64,000 nucleotides of DNA from the NCBI RefSeq assembly GCF_037042905.1, contig NC_087255.1, forward strand, positions 34,720,001-34,784,000, in the 5' to 3' direction. Positions 22,381-36,272 of the stretch are shown here, piece after piece (the first letter of the stretch is position 1; every line of letters begins with the position of its first letter). The translations under genes and the position numbers were made by a program. Under the pieces are notes generated by a model. It was not told where the DNA came from and searched no databases. It saw nothing but the letters and a program-made list of their open reading frames with translations. The stretch is from Lytechinus pictus. Lineage: Eukaryota.

Positions 22381-23367
22381 CAATTTAATGGTCCAATCAT
22401 AATATACACGTGGTCTTCTTGCACATGTTTGATCAACTCCGGAAAAAAAAAAAATCAAAATTTACAACAACAACTTTTAATAATAATGATAATAATATTA
22501 ATAACAATAATAACAACTACCTTTTATAAATCGCATGTTTTTTATCATTTACCCTACTGCCACATGTTATTTAATATTATCAAGAGATGAAGGTCAATCT
22601 CCTATTAGCGATTTTAAAGACGTTCTATTATTTTATCAATACGACTAATTATTTTTCATGAATGTGACAATTATTACTAATGGATAGCATTTTATCAGTT
22701 CATTTCTCACGCAAAAAATCAGGTCAGAATCACCAAGTTCAATTTTCATTAGATTTTGTCCTCGCCCCAATGTTAAAATAAATCGATTCTTTCAAAACAC
22801 ATTTCAATAGTTTTAAATATTAGACAATTAATAGCGATAAAAATCAATATTTGAAAAAACGACGAATAAGATATCTATGTAAGAGTAGTTTTGTGAAGTA
22901 CATCAGCAATTTACCAACATTTCTGTATTTAATATCAGTTTTTAATCAATTTCAATTTCATAATATTTCTCTATAGTCTTACACTCTGATTGGAAGTCAT
23001 ACAAATACAGTTACATGGCATTATAATTACAGCTGTATAATTATATTCATAGGGTTTCCCGAGACAAAAGATTTAAATGATATATGTGTACAAAGAAAGC
23101 CATATAAAGACAGTAATTTGAAGCACAATCACCATTTTGACCTTCTTGTTTTTTTAAAGCTTCAGTGAGGTAGGTCAAATTTGCAACAATGTGACTGGTT
23201 TATACTTCACAAAATCTGCGTGATCTTTAAATGAATACGAGTCCTTAAAGAAAATTGAGTTAAAACATCGTTAGAATAAAAATCAGGCGTTCCGCGCATA
23301 ATACACACGCTTGACAAACGTTTCTCACCAAACAGTCTGATGATGATGAAGAAGAAGAAGATGCTAT

Positions 23368-23381
23368 GTTGCCATGGTAAC
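23368..23381. promoter_or_regulatory. RFX X-box motif
   Basis: GTTGCCATGGTAAC, one base from the palindromic GTTGCCATGGCAAC consensus, in unique GC-balanced sequence. Confidence 0.6.
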
Positions 23382-24128
23382 GGTGAGACAAGGTATTTGA
23401 CGTCTCTTTCTATCGTGTACAGTGACGGCTATAGCCTCGGGGTAATCCACTGCGCATGTCAATGATGCAGAAGGGTGCCCTTTGTATTTCCGCTGCTTTC
23501 CAGCGACTCTCCTCCTTCGTTCTTATGCAAGAATACGGGGACAACACATTGACACACGCTGTCAAAATAGCCATCATTATATAATGCCCGGGGCATGGTA
23601 TAGATAGATGTGGAGCTAGCTACGAGTGGCCGCGTTTCAACTGTCGTGAGATTCGGAGGGGTGTGGGGGGGGGGGTGTTGGTATGGTAAATGGGGATTCT
23701 GTGTCGGATAATAAAAAGCCACACACACAACAAAGCATTACCTATTATTTGTTACGTTCAGTGTATTGTCAAGAGAAATAAAACACTTTTTTTCAGATGA
23801 GTAGGAAATAATTCCATTGGTCTCCTTAAAGTTGATTCATCCTATGGTATGATCATTATAATGTTGGTGACGATAGTGATAAAAATATGATCATTAAAAA
23901 ACTAAGAAAAACAAATAATAAAATGGTTATCGCTCTTGAAATGTTGATTTTATCTATAAAAGCTTAGGTCGCACAATTGTAATCACCACGATAGTTTATT
24001 GAAATGTCATAATAGCACTTAATATAGTTTTGTTTTCTCGAAATAAATAATACCACCCCTCCCCTAACCATCATCTTGAATCAGATTGCATCGGGGACAT
24101 GAGACGATGCTTGCTCAGAATATGGTCT

Positions 24129-24146
24129 AGCGCCACCTAGCGGTGA
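24129..24146 (-). promoter_or_regulatory. CTCF-binding motif
   Basis: Reverse complement TCACCGCTAGGTGGCGCT matches the CCRSYAGRKGGCGC core. Confidence 0.7.
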
Positions 24147-25395
24147 TATATGTTGTGGATCTTAGAGGCAGAAGTTTTTTTTCACAAATGGCAACATCAC
24201 AACTATAATTCATTCCCTCCTCATATTTCTTGTTCCGGGGAAAATGCATGAAACAAACACGAAGAGTATCAATTATGCGGCAGTGACATATCCCTGATCG
24301 CAAGTAGTAGGCATGTTTGAAGTAAGCATGCAGGGTAGGAGTTCAAACAAGACACGAAGTAAGGAATTATAATGCCATAAAAAAAGATAGAATAACAGAA
24401 AATATTAAGGAAAAAAGGAAGAAAGAAAAGACAAAACAGAAAGTTTACAGGAGTAAGGGGGAGAAACAGAGAAAAGTATACAAAAAAAGATGAAAATATT
24501 CATAAAAATGAAAAAAAGGGAAGGGAAAGGAAATGAAAAGGAAAAAATGGGAAAGAAAGAAGGAGAAAGAGAACATGTAAAGATAAGAAAGATATAGTGA
24601 TAGAAAAGAGGCAAAGAGAGAAAGAGAGAGGGAGGGGAGGGAGAATTCTGACACATGGGGATAATTATGTGAAATTGGTTAAACTAATATGTAAGCTGAA
24701 ATCAGGACAAGAAATATTACTAGGATATATATTATTTTAGTAATGGAACAAACCAGAATTCACGAAACAAACGATGATGTTCAACGATGATCAAAATTAG
24801 TGGAATATTTGCAAATCAACTTTTGATGTGTGATTACGCAGGGTCATATTTTTTCATGCTTATAAATGATATAGGTTCCTGGGCATCAAATCCCCTTGGT
24901 ATTATATTTCCCAGCCATCTATGGACACAACATTTGCATACAATACCTAATTGCGTTTGAAACCTTTTATAATTCAGACTAAACACAATTTGTTTGCAAT
25001 TTTTTGTTGCTTTGAAAAGATATTCTGATTTTATTTTCAACAAAAGCTTATGAAGAAATGCATAAATGCGATTATTCTACAACCTTGGGTAACACTTTCT
25101 GTGCTACTTATAAAAATAATCAAATTCTATTTTAGTAACTCTGATCTACAGAACATAAATTGTTTCTTTTCATATCCATATTTTAAGTCAAATATTTAGT
25201 CGTACTATTGTAGCTCATTAAAGGCATTTCATTCCCTGCGTAAATTGGCACGTAGATGGAGGGGGAGGGGCGGTGCTAGGGGTGCCTGATAAGATATTCA
25301 CCACCAAGAAATACAAAAAGGGTAAAAATAGATACAAGGAAGGGGAAAAGATGTACAAAATCTGGTCAAAATTTGATGGTTGTTACAGTCATATT

Positions 25396-25435
<40 letters not shown>

Positions 25436-25519
25436 CTAATCTATTTGCTATTCATAGAGTTTGAAGGAAATAATAATCATAAACATAATGTATACAACAT
25501 TAAAATTAATTGCTCTTAA

Positions 25520-26116
25520 AGGAATGGTCTAGGCAAGGAATATTTATATCAAAAAAAAATAGAGTAGAATTTACAAGGCAACATGATGAAAGTTAGATCA
25601 AAATCAGATGAGAAATAACAGAGTTATTGAATTTTAAAGATTTGCAAACAATTTTAGGCATGTCTTCATGAATATTCATTAGGTGGGCTGATGATGATGT
25701 CATATCCCCACTTGTTCTTTTGTATTTTATTATATGAAATTAGGATTTTTTTTCAAAAAAATCTTCCAAGAACTAAAACAATGGGATTGACAACTGATTA
25801 GGTGCATTAGTTATTTAGTGACGCGACTTATTTCATCATAATGGAGACACATCAATTACACATGTATGTAGAAATGAAACAATTATGATTTATTGTAATA
25901 ACATAAGAAAAAGGAAAGTGGGGATGTGACATCATCAGCCCATTTAATAAATATTCGTGTCTATGTGCATATAACTGTTTTCACAAGATATTGATAAACT
26001 TTAAAATTCAATAACTTCGTTATTTGTCATCCGAATTTGATGAATTTTCAGCATTTTGCTTTGCAAATATTATCCCTTTTATTTAGATATATTTTTCTTC
26101 AGCCCGGACCTTCTCT
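25520..26116 (-). mobile_element. TTAA-target MITE (Kolobok-like), degenerate copy
   Basis: ttaa-aggaatggtctaggc ... cagcccggaccttctct. Long internal inverted arms. Same family as 28728-29306 in opposite orientation. Confidence 0.75.
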
Positions 26117-28283
26117 AGTGCATGCAGTAGCTTTTCATTACGAATGACCTCTCTTTGTTAAAGATTTTAAAACTGGTAATGTATCTGACTTCTTTCCACT
26201 CTTGGCAATTCATATGGATATTTATGCAAATAAAATATTTCAAGCGGAACATTTTCTAATCTTTGAATCCTAATCCTATCCCAATAGGTATAGCAAACAG
26301 CATCACTGAATTACCTCTCATCAAATTCCAACTTTATATATCTCCCATTTTGCACCCCTCCCCCTTATCTAAAAAAAATATTTTGCACCTCAGTCACCTC
26401 ATCGATCATTTCAATGTCGAAATTTATTACATTACGAGGCTACATTTGTTTCCTAAGCACGTCGCACACTTTTGTAGAAGTCATACGTGCTTCGTTTTCA
26501 AGGCCACTTTCCCCGCCCCTTTTGGGACCACGTGATCATCAACTATAGCACCCATTCATCTCGCTAAGAACTTGGTATTCTTGGTATACTTAATTGAAAA
26601 ATGGATATACACTGTGGTATGAAATATTATAAAAATGCAATATAATGAAAGCAAATGGAATGAAAGGGAGTAGTGAACACATAGGCCCTAGCAAATTATA
26701 ATTGTTTTTTTATCGTAAAAAATGATTCGTGAAAATATATTTATAATATTTCTCCTACAATATTTCTCTTCGGGGGGGGGGGGGGGGGCAGTGCCCTTTA
26801 GTTTAGTTTAGTTTTTTTTTTCATGATGGAGTATTATATATTTCAAGATACGTACGACTGTTCTCTTAAAACACCTTACCAAGCTGCTTTCTTGTCATTT
26901 CGTATGCAACAATTATGAAGTAAAACGGAGCCTTAGGGTTTTTTTTTAGATGTAGCACCCCTCGTCATTCACTTGACGTGTGGCTGGTCAGTGCGATGCA
27001 ATCAGATCGGAGTTAGAATGCCTAATTTTAATCACTCTTTCGCACTTGTATTGCATCTCTATTTGGGCAAGTAGAATGGTGGGGGTGGGGGGCGATGTGC
27101 ATATCTGGGATTAAATACTAGACTATTTAAAAGCGAAATGTGTTACTTCAAAAAAATGCATCTTTGAGAGTTTTTAAGAGCATAGACTTATTTTCATTTT
27201 ATTTATGCTGATTATAACAAAGTCGCTCAAAATTTTACTGATCACTAACAATGATCATTACCTTTTGCTTTAAAAAAATGCAGGAATCTTAGCAATGACA
27301 TGAGTGATATGAATCGACGAGCAATATATTCTAGAGATTGTGTCGAAATCTAAAATCTATCATATCACCAAAGTCGTATTGTCACTTTAATTTCAATTAT
27401 TAGGGACGGAAACTATACCTCCTCGAATGAACTTAGTGTGATTATTAATTGCCTCTGATACTCTTTTAAAGTCTCACAGCTTCTCTAGAACCGGGCATTG
27501 AACTTTCAACAAACCTTATTTCCTTTAATAAAATTATATTATTAAGACATGAAATAAATGGTTTTCTTATGGAAATGGAACGTACAATACCCTGGGAATT
27601 TATCACATTGTTTTCCCTGAATGGTGAATTATTTAATGCATTGTGGTTTGTAATAAAAAAAAATGATATTAAAGTTAAAGGAAAATTCGTTGTACCTTAC
27701 AGATGAAAACACAAATAATACCTTATAGTTATTTGAAAAGAGCGAGATATAGGGAGAGATATGATATGGGTTCCCTAGCAGTTCACATCTCTTGATCGCC
27801 TTAGCACATTCTCCATATGAACGCCCAAAAGAGCAAATGTTGGGGATTTTTCAACAAATTGAGCAATATTTCGATACTTTGAAGGCGTAGGGTGGTTCGG
27901 ATAGTGATTGCCGACGCGCATCCGAGTTATTGCCGAAATATTGAGAAATGGGCTATTATGAAAATGTATTTCGCTTTATCTTTGCCGATTTTTAGGAATT
28001 TATCAATGAAATTATCTCCTCCCCCTGTATGTCTTGATTTCCTTTTTTTTTCCATTTATATATATATATATATATACATGTATATATATATATATAAAAT
28101 TTAAGTCTACGATTTTATTTCTACGGCATTTACCAAACCATTTATGATTATTTTATTCCATATGCCGAAGCAGACTATTTCTATCATATATATATATATA
28201 TATATATACATATATCTTTAAAAAAATTATTTTTGTTAAGGGGTGCAAGACAAAGATAAAACGCCTATCAAAGGTTTATATAG

Positions 28284-29698
28284 CAGTGCGTCCAACAAAA
28301 AACGAAACCGAGATTTATCGATGGTTTATCATAACTTAATCACAAATACAATAGACAATTGACATACCATTGTCATGATTGTAAAGCTTAGAATCTCCTC
28401 TTTCATCTGAAATTACTTAGGTTATTTCTCATCCACGCATGAGTGAGCAAAAACCATTTGAAGAGGGGATACCAAAAAGTCATTTGGCGGGCTGTATCTG
28501 GGTTTCAAAAAGAAAACCACATTTTAAAAAAGTTAAATATCTGCTCTTTAATTTGATACCTCAATTACAGAAAATGGTCAAGAAATAACAAAGTTCTGGT
28601 TATTTGAAATAAGGCTTGATTTTCAATAATTTCATAAAATGAAGAGGTTTTACATGCAGGCTAGCGTTCAAACTCACTCGACACTCCGTTTTGTTGACGA
28701 TCAGCCATGCATTTAGTCTTTTGTTAAAGGGATGGTCCAGGCTGAACATATTTATATCTTAATACATAGAGTAGAATTCACTGAGCAAGATGCCGAAAAT
28801 TTCATCAAAATCGGATTACAAATAATAAAGTTATTGAAGTTTAAAGTTTAGCAATATTTTGTGAAAACAGTCGTCATGAATATTCATTAGTGGGCTGATG
28901 ATGTCACATCTCCACTTTGCGTTTTCTTATGTTATTACATAAAATCATAATTTTTTCATTATTTCACACTTGTGTGAATAATATGTCTCCCTTATAATGA
29001 AATAAGTTGCAGCAATAAACATCTAATGCACTAAATCAGTTGTCAATCCAATTTTCTAGTTCTTGGAGGAAAAAAATTGAATAAACCTAATTTCATATAA
29101 TAAAATACAAAAGAACAAGTGGAGATGTGACATCATCAGCCCACCTAATGAATATTCATGACGACTGTTTTCACAAAATATTGCTAAATTTAGAATTCAA
29201 TAACTTTGTTATTTGTTATCCGATTTTGATGAAATTTTCGACATTTTTCTCAGTGAATTCTACTCTATTTATTAAGCTATAGATACTTTCAGCCCGGACC
29301 ATCCCTTTAACCATGCGATAGCTTATGTGGGAAACCGGTGAAAACACGTTTATTTAATGAAATTATGGAAATACAAGCATTGTTTCGAGGGAACATAACG
29401 TTTTTACTTCTTGACCATTTTTTGTGATTAAGGTATCAAATAAAAGAGCAGATATTGAACTTTTTAGGCATGTGATTTTCTTTTTGAAATTCAGATACCC
29501 CCGCCAAATGAGTTTTTGGTATCCTTTCTTCAAATTGTTTTTGCTCACTCATGCGTGAATGAGAAATGATATAAGTAATATCAGATGAAAGAGGAGATTC
29601 TAAGCTTTATGTTGGTAGGTCATTTATTCATTGTATTTGTGATTAAGTTATGATAAATCGTCGTTTAATCTCGGTTTCGTTTTTTCTGGGACGCACTG
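28284..29698. mobile_element. Tc1/mariner-like MITE with very long TIRs, interrupted by 28728-29306
   Basis: cagtgcgtccaacaaaaaacgaaaccgagatt / aatctcggtttcgttttttctgggacgcactg-TA. The arms stay complementary for ~300 bp. Confidence 0.85.
28728..29306 (+). mobile_element. TTAA-target MITE (Kolobok-like), intact copy
   Basis: TIR agggatggtccaggctgaa / ttcagcccggaccatccct with perfect TTAA TSD (28724-28727, 29307-29310). Confidence 0.9.
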
Positions 29699-31814
29699 TA
29701 TAGCTACCATGCATTCCGCTCTTGTGAGTATACAACTAAGAATAGGGAAACACACTGGAAAACCATGAAACTCAGGCGAAATGGAAGAAAACACCACTAA
29801 TGAGTTAGGAAATGAATTATATATTCGCGAAGAAGTATAGGATTTGAAAAAACGCAACTATATATCTTGATCATATCATGGTAAGCACAAAGCTAGACCC
29901 CTCCGGTCAAACTCGACTCAGCGGTGTGTGTTGCTCATTTATTAATGGATTTTCTTTTCTTCGTTCCTCCGACTTTACATTGTAATCCTCTTATTTCTTC
30001 GAGTGATGCCGTGCTCTACACGATGGGTTTGAGGCCCTCAGAGTCGCGTCCAGGGACATCTTCTATTGTGACGTATCACAGCCTTTAGGTCAGAGATAAA
30101 AGAACTCATAAGGACATTTTTAATTTCCTTGACGGACAAAGGGAGAAATAAGGCTGAGTGATTTACTGATTACAAACAACTTTTGGAGAAGTTAAGCATA
30201 CGTACTATTACAGGAAAGATTGCGAACGACTTGTGGGAATGATAGAAAGTTAGGGTAAAAGAAATGGATAGATATTGAAAAAAAATACAAAGATGAAATT
30301 GGGACACCTTTCGTACCTTAGTAGCAATATGTATTGGGGATTAAAATCATTTTTGAAGAAAAGGTTACCGTGTCACATAACCCAATAATGCAGTGACTAG
30401 CTCCCAGTTTTGGTCAGTTTTATTTGTATTTGTTTAGTGAGTGGTAATAAAATACATATATAAAATCATAAGTAAAATATCTTCAAAGTATTTAGGTTGA
30501 AATTGTTACTTTCATATTGTCAGAAAAGGAAAACGAATAAATACATGTATGTCTTTTTTTCGCCTGGAAACAAAGTAGGAAAGAAATATATACATATATT
30601 TTTTAAGTTCCAAGTATGACAAACAATTTAAAAAATACATGAAATACAAAAAAAAACACCAAACAAACACACCAAACAAAACATGCCGAAACAGCTTGAC
30701 ATTTGTTAAGTACTAAATTGAAGAACCAAAAACTGTAGCAAGTTTTTGCCCCCATATTCACGATTTTCCATACCGCAATTGAAAAATGCTTGATAACATG
30801 TTAAAATTGTTTTCAACAATATTTTCAAATTAAACCATAACTTCAAATTTTGTAATGAATACTGCTATTTGTTGATGTATTTAATATGTATAAGTATGAA
30901 ATGTTTGCTCGTGTTTCTTCTTGATTACTTGTTAACACGAAATCTGAAACGAGGAATGAAATGAGATAGATAAACATTTAAGTCTTGAAATTGAGAAATC
31001 CCAATACCACTTCCAATGCTTAGTATCGTAATATTTAAAGGTATACTATTTAGTACATTCATATTTAGATAATTATTCAAACAACTCATGGTTCCATGAG
31101 TAGTTTGAGTACCCTCTGATCATGCTGACAGTTGGTCTCTCGAAAAAAATATTAACAGCAGAAAGTATGAAATTCTATATAGGTCTACATAAATTATAAA
31201 CAGTTTTTTTTACATAAGTGAATGAAAACAAGTCGTTAGCCTAATTTCTTCGATAAATATTTACTTGTTGTTAAAGAAATGCCTAATATTTCATAACATT
31301 TTTTCTCGCTAAATCACACGTTTAACTGTCTGTCCAGTCAAAGTAACAAAGGATTCATATAGGCTTCCAATTTATATACAATAAAAGTAATTTCAATTGA
31401 TATCAAAGATTAAAACGCAAATATATGTGAAACATGGATTGAATAATAAAATATGGCGATGAAAGAAAGATAATTGGATTACGTGACCGTATAAGTAGGT
31501 AAATAGCAAGAATAATTGAAAATAACTCTGAAAGATGATTTCAATCTTTTTTTAAGTACGTGTGGTATATATATCGAAAATATCAGATATACAAATTAAT
31601 CTTAAACAGTCGTTTTCAGCCACGAAAATATGTATGTGTCTCTTTGTAATTTATTGGAATATCTTTTTTTTAGGTTTTGGCGAATGTGAGAAGAGCGGAT
31701 ATGCGCTGTACGTGCTTCGACATAAAAATGAGAAAGAAAATAAGAGCATGATTCTGTCTTATTTGTCTTATTGCTAAATCGCCTGTTTCTTTCATCGATG
31801 CCCTTGATACTTTA

Positions 31815-32088
31815 CATGGCCCTTGGAAGCGGGGCTGCACAAATTTCATTGGGGGTGCTGTGTGTATTACTCCCCATAGGCAGCACCCCGAGCTATTCTG
31901 GAAGATGTGTCAAAATTGCAAAATGTAACTAAAATTACCTTCATTTTTTTTGTGAAACCCTATTTTTTCCGCTTCTAAATTTCTCGGTACTAATTTGATC
32001 TCCATCTTGTACTGCATGGAAACCCTTTTTTTTTGCTTTTCGAATTGATTTCAGCACCCCCATTCAAAAAATCGTTCCTATGGCCATG
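31815..32088. mobile_element. Short hAT-like non-autonomous element
   Basis: catggcccttggaa / ttcctatggccatg termini with 8-bp TSD atacttta / ttacttta. Confidence 0.75.
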
Positions 32089-32621
32089 TTACTTTATTTC
32101 TTCATCGTATACGTGTTTCACAGGTCAAAATAGATACATACAACAGAACAGTAAGACTAATTGAAGAGAAACCATCCAATCAACGAGGCTTTTCTCAATC
32201 GCAGACCGATTTACCTAATGCATGCATCGGCAGCAATCTGCTACATCCTGCAATCACTAGAATATTTTTTTGATAAAATAAGATAAAAAAAGAAATCTAA
32301 CAGAAATCTCCTCAGGTTGGATTTCAAAGGCGAACAAGACAATGCATTTTGTCACGCCCCCTAAGCCCTCAGCCCATATTCAGTAATCTACTGAACCTGA
32401 ACCCGAGGCCGGTTCTCAGGTTGACGCCCTTTATTATATATGATATCAGACCACCATGTACATCATTCAAATGGAATTCATTATCTTTAAGGGGCCTAAT
32501 TGGTATCCCAACGAAAAGTTTCATTTACATATCGTAACAACAACGTAACCAGACTCCAGCCATAAACCGGATCCTACTTGATGAAACGAGCATGCGCAGT
32601 TTCTCGAATTGAGAAAGATAT

Positions 32622-32981
32622 ATAATAATAATAATAATAGCCAATTTTTATAAAGCGCTTTTCCCAGAATGGCTCAAAGCGCGGTACAGCATACTATTAC
32701 CCCGGTCATTGGATTCATTTCAATCCCGCACGAAAAGTGCACAATTTCCACTCCCTGTGGAGCATTCCTTGCATTCATCGCAGCCTCATTACGGCGCTGG
32801 CAAATTCAAACATACAATAACTTTCGCATCCTATCCCGGGTACCCATTTAGCACTTGGGTCAAGAGTGGCAAAGTGTGGATTAACGCCATGCCAAAGGAC
32901 GCTAGACCGCGGTGGGATTTGAACACACGACCCTCTGTTTACAAGGCGAGAGTCAGAACCACTATACACCACGGCTCTTCC
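32622..32981 (-). mobile_element. Full-length tRNA-derived SINE with (TTA)n tail
   Basis: Minus strand starts ggaagagccgtggtgtatagtgg (A box), then gttcaaatcc (B box), a central ...actcttgacccaagtgctaaatgggtacc domain and a LINE-like tail ...aagcgctttataaaaa...(tta)n. Confidence 0.9.
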
Positions 32982-33394
32982 GATGTCAACATCAGCATAG
33001 AAAATAAAATAACAAACAAACAAACAAACAAAGAAACGAAAGCTTTGTATTCCTTTCGACACGATTGAGACGGTTAAGAAGTATTTGGTTGAACATTTTC
33101 ATATAAGATCTACAAACAGAGAGGCCCCGTTTCTTATTATTCGACAACTGGACATGATTATGGTATGTGTAATATTGATGACATAATTGATCTTGCATAT
33201 TTTTCTATATTAATTGTTTAACCCTTACAGGATATCAAACACTTAATTCATGAAAACTTTTGAACGTTTTAAAACAATACATCATTACTTCATGCTTGTA
33301 TGATAAAGGTAAAGCACAATATATCTGCAACATTTGTTTTTAGATCAGTGCTGGGACATTCTGTGTGCCCACGATTACCAGAAAAGGAAGACAC

Positions 33395-33408
33395 GTTTCT
33401 ATGGCAAC
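33395..33408. promoter_or_regulatory. RFX X-box motif
   Basis: GTTTCTATGGCAAC in unique sequence. Confidence 0.5.
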
Positions 33409-36082
33409 GATTGCGGTTTACATCATCATTGTGAGCCTTCTGGCAAACCATGCTATAACTTCATTATAATTTCAGGGTTAGCATAAACAAGTGTTCTTAA
33501 AACACGAAACAATGGTTCATACGGAATAATATAGCGTTCAAATAAAATGCAAGCTGCAATCCGCATCACGCGTACAATATTCATGCGACTTTGTTCTTTG
33601 AAAAGCAGATAGATAGATAAATTTTATTTTCACACGGTAAAAAACCAAAACAGATACAGAGTCTGATTTGCATCGGGGCCGTGCTTTGAATAAAATGTAC
33701 AAAGTAAAAGGCACCCAATCTTAGTATACATGAATAATACATAAAACATAATAATCGTAATTATTACCAGGTGATAATACAAAAAGGTAAGTTTTTACAA
33801 ATAATTACGAATTATAACCAAATGATAAGTTGGAAATATACAGAATATCTTCATTATGAATGCATAATACAGAAAATATAACATTATAGGGTGAAATATT
33901 ACTCAGATACATAATTATAAATGGATTAATTTGAATTATTGAGAAAAAAACTCTGTATAACAACACTGCACACTCACCCTTACACACAAACAAATACATG
34001 CACCATTCCCCCTTCCAAACACCCGTCATCATTAAGTCTCATCCCTATGATATAACGCATACAAGTATAATGGGTAAAAAATCATGTAAAAAAAAAAAAA
34101 AAAGCGAGATACCCCTTCCCCACCAACCTATCCCTTTGTGATTCATTTCCTTTAATTAGCTAAAGCCCTTTTGATTGAGGAAAAGAGCTCCGCAGGCAGC
34201 GGAGCACCCTTTTCTAATGTAGTATGTATTTTTTTTTCTCTCTTTAAAGGTTTTTTTTTAATATTATATTTTTCGTTTCGTTTTAATTCCTCTTTCGTTC
34301 TTTTCTCGATTACTGTTAGAGAAAATCTGGACACAGGCTCCTTCCCTCTTTAGACTCTGCTGAAAGAAAGAAGATGCTTTTTAAGAACTAAAAAAATGTT
34401 AGACCGAAATCATTGATCGTTCCTTAATGATATCTAAAACTTGTGAATTTCCCTTAACGCAACATGATACTGAATTGTTCTACATTCTACGATATTCTTG
34501 TTTCAGCTACTCCTGACTCAACATAAGAAGTTGTATTCCTTCTCCTATTTCAACTATTCGAATATTTGAAAGGAAGTGTTTTTCTCTCTTGTTAATCAAT
34601 TTATCAAACCGCAAACCTCATTCCCCATGGGGTTTCGATTCTTTTAATCTGTATCAACTTTTTCACTTCCAAAGTATTATAGCGAATCAACACATTTGGA
34701 AACGAAGGCGCGTGTACAGAGAAAGAATGCGCGCATATTTTTTCAATAGAATCCAGAAAATAGTATTCAGAAAATAATATCTTATTTCAGCATTCCACCC
34801 TTTTTTTTTGGGGGGGGAGGGGGGGGGTGCCCTAACCCCCCATCAGTACGCCACAATCTCTTTAGGAGTACCTTGAAAGAAAAGAGTAGGTGCAAAGTTG
34901 TTCAGACAGTTGCCAGGATTTAATTTTCTTCAAGGTAAAATGTTAGCATTTTTCTGCTTGGATTTCCGTCATCACATATTTTATTAATCATGAATTAAAC
35001 ATTGTTGTGCTTACGCCCACAACAACACCAGCACATATTCATAGAGTCACTCATGCACACGAATTCATGGTTTCAGCTCAGGTAGCGATTGCTTTTCTTG
35101 TTTGACCTACTTGTATATACGGCCAACGTGGCAATTGACGAACCATTTATTTAGAATTTGTCGACCGTCAGGGAGCCAAGCAATATTGATTATTATTTGC
35201 AACATTCATTGTTGTTCATTATCAATCAGGTTTTTATTTATATTAAGGCTGGTTGATATAGAGAGAATTAATTCAAAGAAGAAGACGGAAGAAGAAAGAG
35301 AGGAAGAGAGATCGGAGGAACGGGAAGGTCGGAAGACTCGAATGGAAGGATGATGGACATCCTTACTAGGTAGTGGAGAAATGGTGGGAAAAGGCTGTGG
35401 ATTGATAGAGATGGGGCAATAAGATCTGATAAAAAGGGACGGATGGACAGTTTGAGATTGAGAGGGAAAGCGGGAGGAATAGATAATCAAGAAGGATCAT
35501 AAAAGAAGTAAAAATACAGCGCAATGAACACGAAGGAGAAGGGAGAGATAGATATACTGTAGAGTGACGGAGGGAAGGTCATAAGGGAGGGATGGAAAGA
35601 GGGAGACATAAAAAAAACAGAGAAAGAGAAAGAGAGGAGAGAGAGAGAGAGGGAGAGAAAGTGAGAAGAAAGTAAATCACAAGATGGAGGAGGTTCCGGG
35701 CTAAACTGTGTACATATTTGATATATTTTATCCGTATTTGCTCGTTCTTGAGCACGGTTGCGGATTTGGCCGCAAATCTCTGAACTGTTTGCGCATGGCA
35801 ATTGAGCTGACAAGGATATCCCTGGGCCTTCAGGTCCTCGGCAGGAAGCTGAAGACATGGTAGCCTATAAGGACCCAAGGCTATTCATCTAGGTAAGATG
35901 GATGAGTGTGTTTCAATGAGGGAAATTTTCATGCTTGCACATGAATGATTATTAATTTTCCTAAATATGCTACGGATACTTCAAATATGGTTTGCCGATT
36001 CCAAAACGAAAATTTTGAAATCGCCCTAAAAAAAATTCCTAACAACATTTTGATAAAAAAAAGAGTGTACCACATCACCAAT

Positions 36083-36237
36083 ACTACTACTACTACTACT
36101 ACTGTCACTTATATGAATGTTACTTTTACTTACTACTACTACTTCTACTATATACTACTACTACTACTACTACTACTACTTATAGGCGGAAATCTCCCCC
36201 CAAAGGCAGGGGGGACCAGGGGTTGGGAAATTTTACA

Positions 36238-36272
<35 letters not shown>

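Noticed and set aside
32709-33068. 119-aa and 95-aa overlapping ORFs
   Set aside because: They lie within a tRNA-derived SINE.
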